Shown: positions 9,899 to 19,022 of the stretch, piece by piece
How the letters are laid out: every line of letters starts with the position of its first letter
How positions within the stretch are numbered: the stretch's first letter is position 1
Assembly (NCBI GenBank): GCA_046861395.1
Contig: JBHHUC010000026.1
Location: 1-26,740, forward strand
Direction: 5' to 3'
Length of the DNA stretch: 26,740 nt
Source of the DNA: Fidelibacterota bacterium
GTDB lineage: Bacteria; Fidelibacterota; Marinisomatia; Marinisomatales; JABMOV01
The notes under the pieces: model-generated
The model's database searches: none
Told to the model about the DNA's origin: nothing
The model's input: the letters and a program-made list of their open reading frames with translations, nothing else
Program-made: the position numbers and the translations under genes

Positions 9899-10406
9899 AA
9901 CTGATCACAAAGCATTACTAAAACCCTTTCTGATCTTTAAGAATCTGACGTCTGACGAAATCGATCTTTTCTGTCAGCGGGCAAAACGGATTGAAATCCC
10001 TGCCGGCCAGCAGTTCATCACCGAAGGCGAAAAGGGCGATTCCATCTTTCTACTGATTGACGGGTCGGTGGAAATCATACAGGCCCTGACCCTGCATGTG
10101 AACAAGGGTGAAACGGATAACCGGGAAAAAGCCCTGACCCGGCTGGATCATACCATGCATCCCTTCATGGGTGAAATGTCGTTGTTTGCCGATGACGACC
10201 GGCGTACGGCCAGCGTCAAAGCCACGACCGATTGTGTCTTCATGAAAATCATGCGTGATGATATTTTTGATATTTGTGAACATCATCCAAAAACGGGTTA
10301 TAAAGTCATGCACAATCTCTGCGAATTAATCACGAAAAACCTCATCCGCGCGAATAAGAATGTGTTGAAATTGACGACGGCGTTCAGTCTGGTACTGGAA
10401 CGCTGA
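9885..10406 (+). CDS. Stand-alone cyclic nucleotide-binding domain protein
   Basis: FITEGEKGDSIFLLIDGSVEI and GEMSLF...RRTASVKA phosphate-binding cassette, no HTH. TTG start at 9885 after AGGAGA, overlapping the channel 3' end. Confidence 0.85.
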   Translation: MSSPETDHKALLKPFLIFKNLTSDEIDLFCQRAKRIEIPAGQQFITEGEKGDSIFLLIDGSVEIIQALTLHVNKGETDNREKALTRLDHTMHPFMGEMSLFADDDRRTASVKATTDCVFMKIMRDDIFDICEHHPKTGYKVMHNLCELITKNLIRANKNVLKLTTAFSLVLER

Positions 10407-10428
10407 CGAAATAAGGAAATTTTCCCCT

Positions 10429-13074
10429 ATGAAATGTGAGCTGGAAAAAGTCTATCAACCGCAGGTGGTTGAATCCAAATGGTATACTTACTGGCAGGAG
10501 AAACAGTATTTTCATTCCACCGCCAATCCAGATAAACAACCCTATACCATCGTCATTCCGCCGCCCAACGTTACTGGAATGCTGACCATGGGGCATGTCC
10601 TGAACAATACGATGCAGGATATTCTCATTCGGAAGGCCCGTATGGACGGATATGAAGCGTGCTGGATTCCCGGCACCGATCATGCCTCCATCGCTACCGA
10701 AACCAAGGTCGCGTCCATGTTGAAAGAAAAGGGGATTGACCCCGACGCCATTTCACGAGATGAATTCCTGGCCCATGCCTGGGAATGGAAAGAAAAATAC
10801 GGCGGCATTATCATCAACCAGTTGAAAACACTGGGCTGTTCCTGTGACTGGGAGCGAGAGCGCTTTACCATGGATCCCGCCTATACCCGGGCTGTTCTGG
10901 AAGCCTTCGTCCACCTCTATGAAAAAGGCCTGATTTATCGCGGGAAACGACTGGTGAACTGGTGTCCCGTTTCCCAATCCGCCATCAGTGACGAAGAAGT
11001 CATTCACAGGGAAGTGAACAGTTCACTGTGGTATTTCCGTTACCCGGTCGAAGGTAGTGACGAATCTGTTGTGGTGGCCACTACCCGTCCCGAAACCATG
11101 CTGGGCGATACGGCGGTGGCGGTTCATCCCGACGATGAGCGATATCGTCATTTGATTGGGAAGACGGTGCGTTTGCCGCTGGTGGACCGGCTCATACCTG
11201 TCATTGCAGATGAATTTGTGGATCCTGAATTCGGCACCGGCTGTGTGAAAGTCACCCCGGCTCATGATCCCAATGATTTTATCCTAGGTCAGAAACATGA
11301 CCTGGACTTCATCAATATCATGCATCCGAACGCCTCCCTGAACGAGGTCGTTCCAACTTCCTACCGGGGACTGACCCGGGAAGATGCCCGCCGCGCTGTC
11401 CTGGCCGATATGGAACAGAATGGCTTTCTGGTGAAAACCGACCCTTACACCCACAAAGTGGGATATTCGGAGCGGGGCCAGGTTCCCATTGAATTCTATC
11501 TGTCGGAACAATGGTTCCTGAAAATAACGGACCTGGCCGAACCGGCCATCACTGCCGTGAAAGAAGGCAGGATCCGGTTTCATCCGGACCACTGGGTCAA
11601 AACATATTATCACTGGATGGAAAATATCAAGGACTGGTGTATCAGCCGGCAATTGCGCTGGGGACACCGGATACCGGTCTACACCTGTACCGGCTGTGGT
11701 GAACTGACGGTAGCCGTGACCACGCCGGAGCAGTGCTCTCATTGCGGTCAGACCGATTTAGTGCAGGACACCGACGTCCTGGATACCTGGGCCAGTTCCT
11801 GGCTCTGGCCTTTTGCCGTGCATTCTTGGCCGGAAAAGACTGCTGAGTTGCAATTTTATTATCCTACCAACACGCTGGTTACAGGCCCGGACATTATCTT
11901 TTTCTGGGTGGCCCGCATGATTATGGCCGGGTATGAATTCATGGGTGACGTTCCCTTCCGTGATGTGTATTTCACTAGCATCCTCCGCGATGAACAGGGA
12001 CGAAAATTTTCCAAGTCGCTGGGAAATTCTCCCGATCCCTTTGATCTTTTCGATAAATATGGCACCGATGCCGTACGCTTTGGTATCATGCTAATGGCGC
12101 CGCAGGGACTGGATGTTCTCTTTACCGAATCTCGGCTGGAAGTGGGACGAAATTTCATGAATAAACTCTGGAATGCCACCCGCTTTGTGACCATGAATCT
12201 GCCGGAAACCGGACGCCCCTCCCGGCGGGTTGATCCCACCGGACTGGATTTGCCGGAACGATGGATTCTAAGCCGCCTGCAACATGCCATCCAGGGTGTC
12301 AATGATCAACTGGACCGTTTTCATTTCAACGAAGCTGCCAAAGTGATTTACGATTTCACCTGGAATGATTTTTGTGACTGGTATATTGAAATGGCCAAGA
12401 CCCGATTCCAGGGTGAAAGCCAGGAAGAAAAGGAAACGGCTCTGGCCGTGGCCGTCCTGGTGCTGAAACAGGTATTCGCCCTCTTGCATCCTTTTGCGCC
12501 CTTTATCACGGAAGAATTATGGTCCACCTTCAAAGGCGAGGATGAACCGGATCTCATGGTGAGTTCCTGGCCTGTCGGTAACGCCGCCTGGCGTGATCCG
12601 GGAACCGAAGCCAGGATGAATACGTTAAAAGATGTCATTTCCAGCATTCGGACCATCCGGTCTAAAATGAATGTTCCTCCGGCCCGCTGGGCTCAGGTTG
12701 TCATCCGGTGTACAGAAGAACAACGGCGTTTCCTGGAGGATTATGCTGCCATCCTGAAACCCCTGGCCCGGGTTGAATCGATGACGGCCGGATCGGAGCA
12801 GGAAAAACCGGCCCATTCCGCCGTGGCCGTAGTCCAGTCCATGGAAGTCTTCATTCCTCTGGAAGGATTGATTGATCTTGGAATTGAAACGGAACGGCTG
12901 ACCCGGCGACAGGAAGAGCTGGAACGGTTCATTCGGGGAATCAAGGCCAAGCTGGGGAATGAAAAATTTGTAACCCGGGCCCCGGAAGAAGTGGTAAACC
13001 ACGAAAGGGAAAAGCTCGTGAGCATGGAAGATGAGCTGGATAAAGTCCGGTCAAATCTGGAATTATTGCGTTAG
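10429..13074 (+). CDS. valS: Valine--tRNA ligase
   Basis: PPPNVTG, PGTDHA, ATTRPETMLGD, VKVTPAHD, DWCISRQL, DVLDTW, DIIFFWVARM, KFSKS, C-terminal coiled-coil arm. Confidence 0.97.
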   Translation: MKCELEKVYQPQVVESKWYTYWQEKQYFHSTANPDKQPYTIVIPPPNVTGMLTMGHVLNNTMQDILIRKARMDGYEACWIPGTDHASIATETKVASMLKEKGIDPDAISRDEFLAHAWEWKEKYGGIIINQLKTLGCSCDWERERFTMDPAYTRAVLEAFVHLYEKGLIYRGKRLVNWCPVSQSAISDEEVIHREVNSSLWYFRYPVEGSDESVVVATTRPETMLGDTAVAVHPDDERYRHLIGKTVRLPLVDRLIPVIADEFVDPEFGTGCVKVTPAHDPNDFILGQKHDLDFINIMHPNASLNEVVPTSYRGLTREDARRAVLADMEQNGFLVKTDPYTHKVGYSERGQVPIEFYLSEQWFLKITDLAEPAITAVKEGRIRFHPDHWVKTYYHWMENIKDWCISRQLRWGHRIPVYTCTGCGELTVAVTTPEQCSHCGQTDLVQDTDVLDTWASSWLWPFAVHSWPEKTAELQFYYPTNTLVTGPDIIFFWVARMIMAGYEFMGDVPFRDVYFTSILRDEQGRKFSKSLGNSPDPFDLFDKYGTDAVRFGIMLMAPQGLDVLFTESRLEVGRNFMNKLWNATRFVTMNLPETGRPSRRVDPTGLDLPERWILSRLQHAIQGVNDQLDRFHFNEAAKVIYDFTWNDFCDWYIEMAKTRFQGESQEEKETALAVAVLVLKQVFALLHPFAPFITEELWSTFKGEDEPDLMVSSWPVGNAAWRDPGTEARMNTLKDVISSIRTIRSKMNVPPARWAQVVIRCTEEQRRFLEDYAAILKPLARVESMTAGSEQEKPAHSAVAVVQSMEVFIPLEGLIDLGIETERLTRRQEELERFIRGIKAKLGNEKFVTRAPEEVVNHEREKLVSMEDELDKVRSNLELLR

Positions 13075-13099
13075 TGATTTTCTAAGCAGGGAGATTTTT

Positions 13100-14458
13100 A
13101 TGGGAAAATTCGGAAGAAATATTCTGGTAGTACTCAGTCTGAGTGTCGTGGCATATTCCCAATCCCATAATGCCACGATCACCATTTACAAGGACGGTAT
13201 TGCCCTAGTCAATCAACCGGTTCATTGGTCAGTGGAGGAGGGATTTAATACGGTAACCTATTCTGATTTTTCGGACCAGATTCACCGTGATTCTCCCTTT
13301 CTTACCCTGGAGGATGGCATGGTGTATTCCCAACGTTTCGATGATGCCGTCTTTTCCGCCGAAGATTATTACCGGGACCGAATCGGAACCGACATTCGGG
13401 TGAAGATTCATGATAATAAGACCATTGAAGGTACCCTGCTGGATATCAACCAAAAAGCACTCGTCCTTCAGACCCGAAATTCCATCCGCACCATCATGCT
13501 GGGAATGGCGGATTATTTTGAATTTGAGGATCAACTGACGGAAATTCAATACACGCCCGAACTGGTGTGGAATATTTATGTCACGGGACAGAATACAGCA
13601 ACCGGAAATCTCTTTTATCTGACCAACGGCCTGACCTGGGATACATCCTATCGCCTCATCATGCAGGATAAATCGGATCAGGCGGAATTTATTCCGGTGG
13701 CCCTGGTGAGCAATACGGGGAACATGGATTTCACCGGCCTGCGTCTGCGCTTGGTGGAAGGCAATCTGGCCCGGGAAGCCCGGCCCCGACCCATGTTTCG
13801 CGGCGGGGCGAAATCCCTGCCGGCCATGACCCGGGAATCGGATTCCGCCGTGCCGGAGCATCTCGAACTGGGAGATTTCCATATCTATGAAATTGAAGGG
13901 AAACACCGCCTGCAACCCAACCAGACCATTTCCATGAAATTATATGAACCGCGTACCATTCATTTCACGAAAACCTATGTATTCGAGAATACGGAACGCT
14001 CCCGGCGTGAAGAACCTCTGACTGTTCGCCTGTCCATCCGGAATACGGAAGACAATGCCCTGGGCATTCCCCTGCCCCAGGGAAAGGTGGAATTATATTT
14101 CCGGGATGAAAATGGTTTTCTCACCTTTGCCGGCTCAGACCTGTTGAAGCAGATTCCCCGGGAAGAAACGGCCGAGCTCCAGGCTGGCCGGGCCTTCGAT
14201 GTTATTGGGAAACGAACCATTCTGAATTATGATCGTCAGCGGAAGGCCGAAGAGGGTACGGTGGAAATCAACGTCACGAACCATCGCGATGAACCGGTGC
14301 AGGTCCATGTCGTGGAACATATCACCGGCGACTGGGTCATCCGGGGGGAAACAACCCTTTATATTAAAGATGATGCGTCCACCATTCATTTCCCCCTGGA
14401 ACTGCAACCGGAAGAAAGTAAAACAATCGCCTATACCTATCGCAAAGAATTTAAATAA
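13100..14458 (+). CDS. Secreted DUF4139/DUF4140-family protein
   Basis: Signal peptide, ITIYKDGIALV, YLTNGLTWDTSY, LGIPLPQGKV. ATG at 13100 after GGGAG. Confidence 0.7.
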   Translation: MGKFGRNILVVLSLSVVAYSQSHNATITIYKDGIALVNQPVHWSVEEGFNTVTYSDFSDQIHRDSPFLTLEDGMVYSQRFDDAVFSAEDYYRDRIGTDIRVKIHDNKTIEGTLLDINQKALVLQTRNSIRTIMLGMADYFEFEDQLTEIQYTPELVWNIYVTGQNTATGNLFYLTNGLTWDTSYRLIMQDKSDQAEFIPVALVSNTGNMDFTGLRLRLVEGNLAREARPRPMFRGGAKSLPAMTRESDSAVPEHLELGDFHIYEIEGKHRLQPNQTISMKLYEPRTIHFTKTYVFENTERSRREEPLTVRLSIRNTEDNALGIPLPQGKVELYFRDENGFLTFAGSDLLKQIPREETAELQAGRAFDVIGKRTILNYDRQRKAEEGTVEINVTNHRDEPVQVHVVEHITGDWVIRGETTLYIKDDASTIHFPLELQPEESKTIAYTYRKEFK

Positions 14459-14492
14459 CCAGCGGTAAACAGGATGTTTGCCGGTTAATTCC

Positions 14493-16571
14493 ATGCCTTA
14501 TACCTTTCAATCTCCGGTGTCAAATCTTCCCGGTATCGGTACTGCCCGTGCCAGAGTGCTTCACGAGCAGGGGATTGAAACCATTGCTGATTTTCTATAC
14601 TATTTCCCCCGCCGTCACCTGGACCGTACCACGATTACGGCAATCCGACACCTCCAGCCGGGACAGGCTGCCACCTTGGTGGGACACATTGAAATCTGTG
14701 GCAAACGACGGACGCGGAAGAAAACCATTTTCGAAGCCGTCATGACAGACGGTACCGGCCTCTTGACACTGGTCTGGTTCAACGGTGTTTCCTACTGGAG
14801 TAAAATCCTGAAAAAAGGGGATCAGATCGCCGTCCACGGTAAAGTAGAATACTATAACGGACTCCAGATGGTCCATCCCGAACTGGATCGTCTGGAAAAG
14901 GATGATGATCCCATTCATACGGGGAAAATCATTCCCCTCTATCCTCTCACGCAGGCCATGAAATCCGCCGGACTGGATAATCGTTCCCTGCGGCGGATTC
15001 ATCATACAATCGCTGCTCATTTCCCGCCGGTTCCTGAATTGTTACCCCCGGGATTGCTACGCACCCATGATTTGATTCCCCTGGCTGAGGCCCTGAAAAG
15101 CATCCATTTTGCTCCCACACCGGAAGCTTTGGCCACTGCCGTGCGCCGGTTGAAATTCGACGAACATTTATTCCTCCAACTCCTCATGGCTCTGAGACGG
15201 GAAGCGAAAAAACGGGAAAGAACGCGGCCTCTCACCGATCTGGGACCCTATTTCCAACGGGTGCTGGATCAACTTCCCTATGAACTCACCGGGGCACAGA
15301 AGCGAGTCCTGAAGGAAATTCGTCACGACCTGGGAAAACCGGTGGTCATGAATCGTCTCTTACAGGGCGATGTGGGTAGCGGTAAAACCATCGTGGCGTT
15401 ATTGGCAGCGGTCATGGCCCTGGGCAACGGCTGTCAGGTAGCCTTCATGGCACCCACCGAAATTCTGGCGCACCAGCATTTTGCCACCATCCATGACCTG
15501 GCCGAAAAAGCAGGCATCACCGCCGCCTTGCTGGTGGGCAATATGAAAGTGGCGGAACGGAAGCCCCTGTTGGCTGCCGTAGCCGACGGCCGCATCCAGA
15601 TTCTGGTGGGGACGCATGCCCTCATTCAGAAAGATGTCCGGTTCCAGGAACTGGGGTTTGTAATCATTGATGAACAACATCGTTTCGGTGTGGAACAGCG
15701 GGGAAATCTGACGGATAAAGGATACCATCCTCACGTGTTGACCATGACGGCCACGCCCATCCCCCGCACCTTGGCCTTGTCCTATCACGGTGACATGGAT
15801 GTATCCGTCATCGATGAACTACCGCGGGACCGGATTCCCGTGCGGACTACGGTGGTGGACCCGCCCCGCCTGGAAAAGGTCTATGCCTTCGTCCGGCAGG
15901 AAGTAAAGGCCGGACGGCAATGTATGATTGTCTATCCCCTGGTGGAGGAAACAGAAAAATCGGACCTGGCGGCCGCCACGGAGGATCGGGACACCCTGGC
16001 CCGGACCGTCTTTCAGGGATTGGAGGTAGGGCTGATTCACGGACGCATGAAAAAAGAGGAAAAGGATGCTGTCATGCTGGCCTTTTCCCAGAACCGGATT
16101 CCCATTCTGGTGGCCACCACAGTGATTGAAGTCGGCATTGATGTTCCCAATGCCACCGTCATGATCATTGAACACGCGGACCGGTTCGGCCTGACTCAAC
16201 TCCACCAATTGCGGGGTCGCGTGGGTCGGGGCGGAGAAAAAAGTTATTGTGTCCTGGTGCGCCGCAATAGCAATGATCTGGCTGACCGCCGGCTGGCTAT
16301 CATTGAGAGCACCACCGACGGCTTTAAAATTGCCGATGAAGATTTGAAGTTACGCGGGCCGGGTGAATTCTTCGGTATCCGGCAGAGCGGATTTATCAAA
16401 TATAAAATTGCCGATCTGGTGGCCGACGGTGAATTGATTCGCCAGGCCCGCCAGGCAGCCTTTGACATTGTGCAGGAAGATCCCCACCTGCGTTCAGCTG
16501 AACATGAAGAACTTCGCCGTCGTTTCCTGGCTGAATATCAGGACAAACTGAAATTGGTGAACATTGCCTGA
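14493..16571 (+). CDS. recG: ATP-dependent DNA helicase RecG
   Basis: RLLQGDVGSGKT, MAPTEILA, IIDEQHRFGV, MTATPIPRTL, QLHQLRGRVGRG, DLKLRGPGE. Alternative TTG start at 14478. Confidence 0.97.
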   Translation: MPYTFQSPVSNLPGIGTARARVLHEQGIETIADFLYYFPRRHLDRTTITAIRHLQPGQAATLVGHIEICGKRRTRKKTIFEAVMTDGTGLLTLVWFNGVSYWSKILKKGDQIAVHGKVEYYNGLQMVHPELDRLEKDDDPIHTGKIIPLYPLTQAMKSAGLDNRSLRRIHHTIAAHFPPVPELLPPGLLRTHDLIPLAEALKSIHFAPTPEALATAVRRLKFDEHLFLQLLMALRREAKKRERTRPLTDLGPYFQRVLDQLPYELTGAQKRVLKEIRHDLGKPVVMNRLLQGDVGSGKTIVALLAAVMALGNGCQVAFMAPTEILAHQHFATIHDLAEKAGITAALLVGNMKVAERKPLLAAVADGRIQILVGTHALIQKDVRFQELGFVIIDEQHRFGVEQRGNLTDKGYHPHVLTMTATPIPRTLALSYHGDMDVSVIDELPRDRIPVRTTVVDPPRLEKVYAFVRQEVKAGRQCMIVYPLVEETEKSDLAAATEDRDTLARTVFQGLEVGLIHGRMKKEEKDAVMLAFSQNRIPILVATTVIEVGIDVPNATVMIIEHADRFGLTQLHQLRGRVGRGGEKSYCVLVRRNSNDLADRRLAIIESTTDGFKIADEDLKLRGPGEFFGIRQSGFIKYKIADLVADGELIRQARQAAFDIVQEDPHLRSAEHEELRRRFLAEYQDKLKLVNIA

Positions 16572-16581
16572 TGGGGCAGCG

Positions 16582-17478
16582 ATGAAAATCATCTCCGCCT
16601 GTCCCGTCTGTGGTTCGAATACCTTGACCCACAAACATTCATGCGTCGATTTTCTGGTTACCAAATCATCCTTTGATATTCTGGAATGTGCTGATTGCGG
16701 AGCCTGTGCCACATCCCCACAACCGGAGGCCGGTGAAATTGCGACCTTCTACGAAAGTGAAGAATACATCGCCCATTCCGGAAAAAGCACCGGATTGATT
16801 GAAATACTGTATAAAATAGTACGCCGCTACACTTTGCGTCGCAAACGAACCTTCATGGAAGATAGGGCCGGCCTCATCAAGGGGACCATCCTGGATTTCG
16901 GCTGCGGCACCGGAGAATTTCTCCATGTTTGTCAACAACAGGGCTGGACCGTAACCGGTCTTGAACCCGGAGAATCGGCCCGGCGTAAGGCCACACGTTT
17001 GCTGGGAACCCCGGTGTTGGACACTGCCGATCTGACAACCCTGGATCGGGACCAATTTGATGTTATTACCCTGTGGCACGTGTTGGAACATGTCCCTGAT
17101 CCGGTGGCTGTAATATCGCAGCTCAAGCGTATCCTGAAACATAACGGCGCCCTGATTGTTGCCGTACCCAATTACACCGGCACCGATGCCCGGTATTACG
17201 GTTCGGCGTGGGCGGCCTGGGATGTCCCGCGACACCTGGTTCATTTTTCCCCACGGGCCATGCGTCACCTCGCGGCGCAGGCCGGACTGACCATCACCCG
17301 TGTGACAGGCATGCCTTTCGATCCCTTTTATGTGTCCCTGCTGACGGAAAAGTCGGTAAAATCAAACGGCCGTCTATGGCGGGGATTTGCCATCGGTTTC
17401 TGGTCCTGGCTGACGGCCCTGTTGCGATGGGAAAATTCCAGTTCGCTGATCTATGTCATGAAGGATGAAACCGTGTAA
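16582..17478 (+). CDS. Class I SAM-dependent methyltransferase with N-terminal CxxC...CxxC zinc ribbon
   Basis: CPVC...CADC, ILDFGCGTG, FDVITLWHVLEHV, DVPRHLVHF. Confidence 0.88.
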   Translation: MKIISACPVCGSNTLTHKHSCVDFLVTKSSFDILECADCGACATSPQPEAGEIATFYESEEYIAHSGKSTGLIEILYKIVRRYTLRRKRTFMEDRAGLIKGTILDFGCGTGEFLHVCQQQGWTVTGLEPGESARRKATRLLGTPVLDTADLTTLDRDQFDVITLWHVLEHVPDPVAVISQLKRILKHNGALIVAVPNYTGTDARYYGSAWAAWDVPRHLVHFSPRAMRHLAAQAGLTITRVTGMPFDPFYVSLLTEKSVKSNGRLWRGFAIGFWSWLTALLRWENSSSLIYVMKDETV

Positions 17479-17864
17479 TTCCACAGGCGTAATTCACACC
17501 CGCAATCGGATTTTACACCGGCTTGCCCGACCATCCTAACTGGTTGAAAATACGTTCCTCTGTTCCTGTGGTACACACGTCTGCCTTGTTTATTGTTTTG
17601 AAAAGTTTTACATTACACCGAACCAGAATGACGATTCTGTTTATGATGCCGGAGGGTTGAGAACGTTCAGAAAGAACAGTCGGATTGATATTCGGAATTT
17701 TAGTAGGGAATGATATTTTGCCTAAGAGATCCACAGTAAAGACTATTTCATATTCAACGATGAGGCCTGTTATAGCGATAATAATTCTAAATATCGTGAT
17801 TCAGTGCCATAAATTAATTCGGTATAATTATTAGTATAACCATCATTTTACATATGGAGAAATA

Positions 17865-18371
17865 ATGAATAGAATTGTATTAATTTTTATTCTTATAATG
17901 CCATTTATTCTAATAGCTCAAGATTCGGAGAGTAGTGATCCTTTAATGGATAGTTTTTTAGAAGTTGGTTATTTTGGTCCAAGAGTAGGAATATCCACAT
18001 TACCAAAATCATTAATGGATGACGTTGTAGATGCATCCATCTATAGTTTGTTTGGATGGAAAGTAGATGTTAGATATGTCCCATCTCACAATAAATTTAT
18101 AGGCTTCGCTGAGTCTGGACTTTTTATGGGTGCAGTTGAACAAGGAGATCCAAGGTGGGAATACTGGGGATATATAGGAGTAAGAAGACCAAATAGTTAT
18201 GGTTTTAGCATGGGACCAAATTTTTCAGAATACGGTGTTGGATTAGGAATTTCTCCACATTACATGTATAATTCTGGAAATATACTAATTCCAATAACAG
18301 TAAATATTGTATTGACGGATAATATTACAAGAGTACAGTTGATAACTGGATTTGACAAAGTTTCAAAATGA
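17865..18371 (+). CDS. AT-rich hypothetical exported protein carried in a gene cassette
   Basis: GGAGA RBS, hydrophobic signal peptide, Gly/aromatic-rich body suggestive of beta strands. Far more AT-rich than flanking genes. Stop codon lies 2 nt before the attC. Confidence 0.75.
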   Translation: MNRIVLIFILIMPFILIAQDSESSDPLMDSFLEVGYFGPRVGISTLPKSLMDDVVDASIYSLFGWKVDVRYVPSHNKFIGFAESGLFMGAVEQGDPRWEYWGYIGVRRPNSYGFSMGPNFSEYGVGLGISPHYMYNSGNILIPITVNIVLTDNITRVQLITGFDKVSK

Positions 18372-18373
18372 TG

Positions 18374-18505
18374 GTCTAACCCCCGCTGCTACGGACGCGG
18401 GACTCGGGTGACATAAAATTAGAGTTTAGAAGGATAGAAGAAGTAAAATATGATAAATAGAGTTTTAACCGATAATCACCACGCCGCAGAGCTCATCCGT
18501 TAATA
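18374..18505 (+). mobile_element. attC recombination site (integron gene cassette)
   Basis: R'' GTCTAAC (RYYYAAC) at 18374 and R' GTTAATA at 18499. Left arm GCT[G]CTACGG[A]CGCGG pairs with right arm CCACGCCGCAGAGC leaving two extrahelical bases. Both mismatches become G-T wobbles on the bottom strand. Length 132 bp. Confidence 0.82.
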
Positions 18506-18719
18506 TCATCCATCTCCTGCTGCTTTTTGGGCATGTAACATAGGCCCGCTTTCACCGGTGACGTGATAATGTACCGGTCCGGACATTCTACGGACTTGCC
18601 GGTAAGTCGGGGATTTAAAATTATGACCGGTCGCCAAACTCGGCTAAATTCACCGGTTTCTATACAGAATTAGCCACGGAAAACAGAAACTTATTACCAA
18701 TCACGCCGTTAGGAAAATC

Positions 18720-19022
18720 ATGGCTCTTGAAAGCAAATATACGGAATCGGATTTATTCAATCAACTGGTGTCCTCCATTGTCCACAGCGTCTGGGTGGGG
18801 TTGGGACAGACCGAAAACCCTCTGTCCGGAAAGGTTGAAGTGAACATGCAACAGGCCGCCACCAATATCGATATGCTGGATATGCTGTTCAAGCGCATGG
18901 ACGGAAATTTAACGGACGAAGAAGATCAATATCTGGATGATATCCTGCGGGAATTGAAATCAGTTTACCGGCAGGTGAAACAATCAGAAGCAAACCGGAA
19001 GCAAAAGGATTTAACATCGTGA
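18720..19022 (+). CDS. DUF1844-family protein
   Basis: LGQTENPLSGK..VNM..A...IDML.ML..RMDGNLTDEE pattern. Confidence 0.75.
   Translation: MALESKYTESDLFNQLVSSIVHSVWVGLGQTENPLSGKVEVNMQQAATNIDMLDMLFKRMDGNLTDEEDQYLDDILRELKSVYRQVKQSEANRKQKDLTS

Noticed and set aside
17513..17734. 73-aa minus-strand ORF
   Set aside because: No recognisable motif or RBS. Probably spurious.
18590..18610. GACTTGCCGGTAAGTC imperfect palindrome
   Set aside because: Single occurrence, no U-tract and no known operator match, so no function can be assigned.
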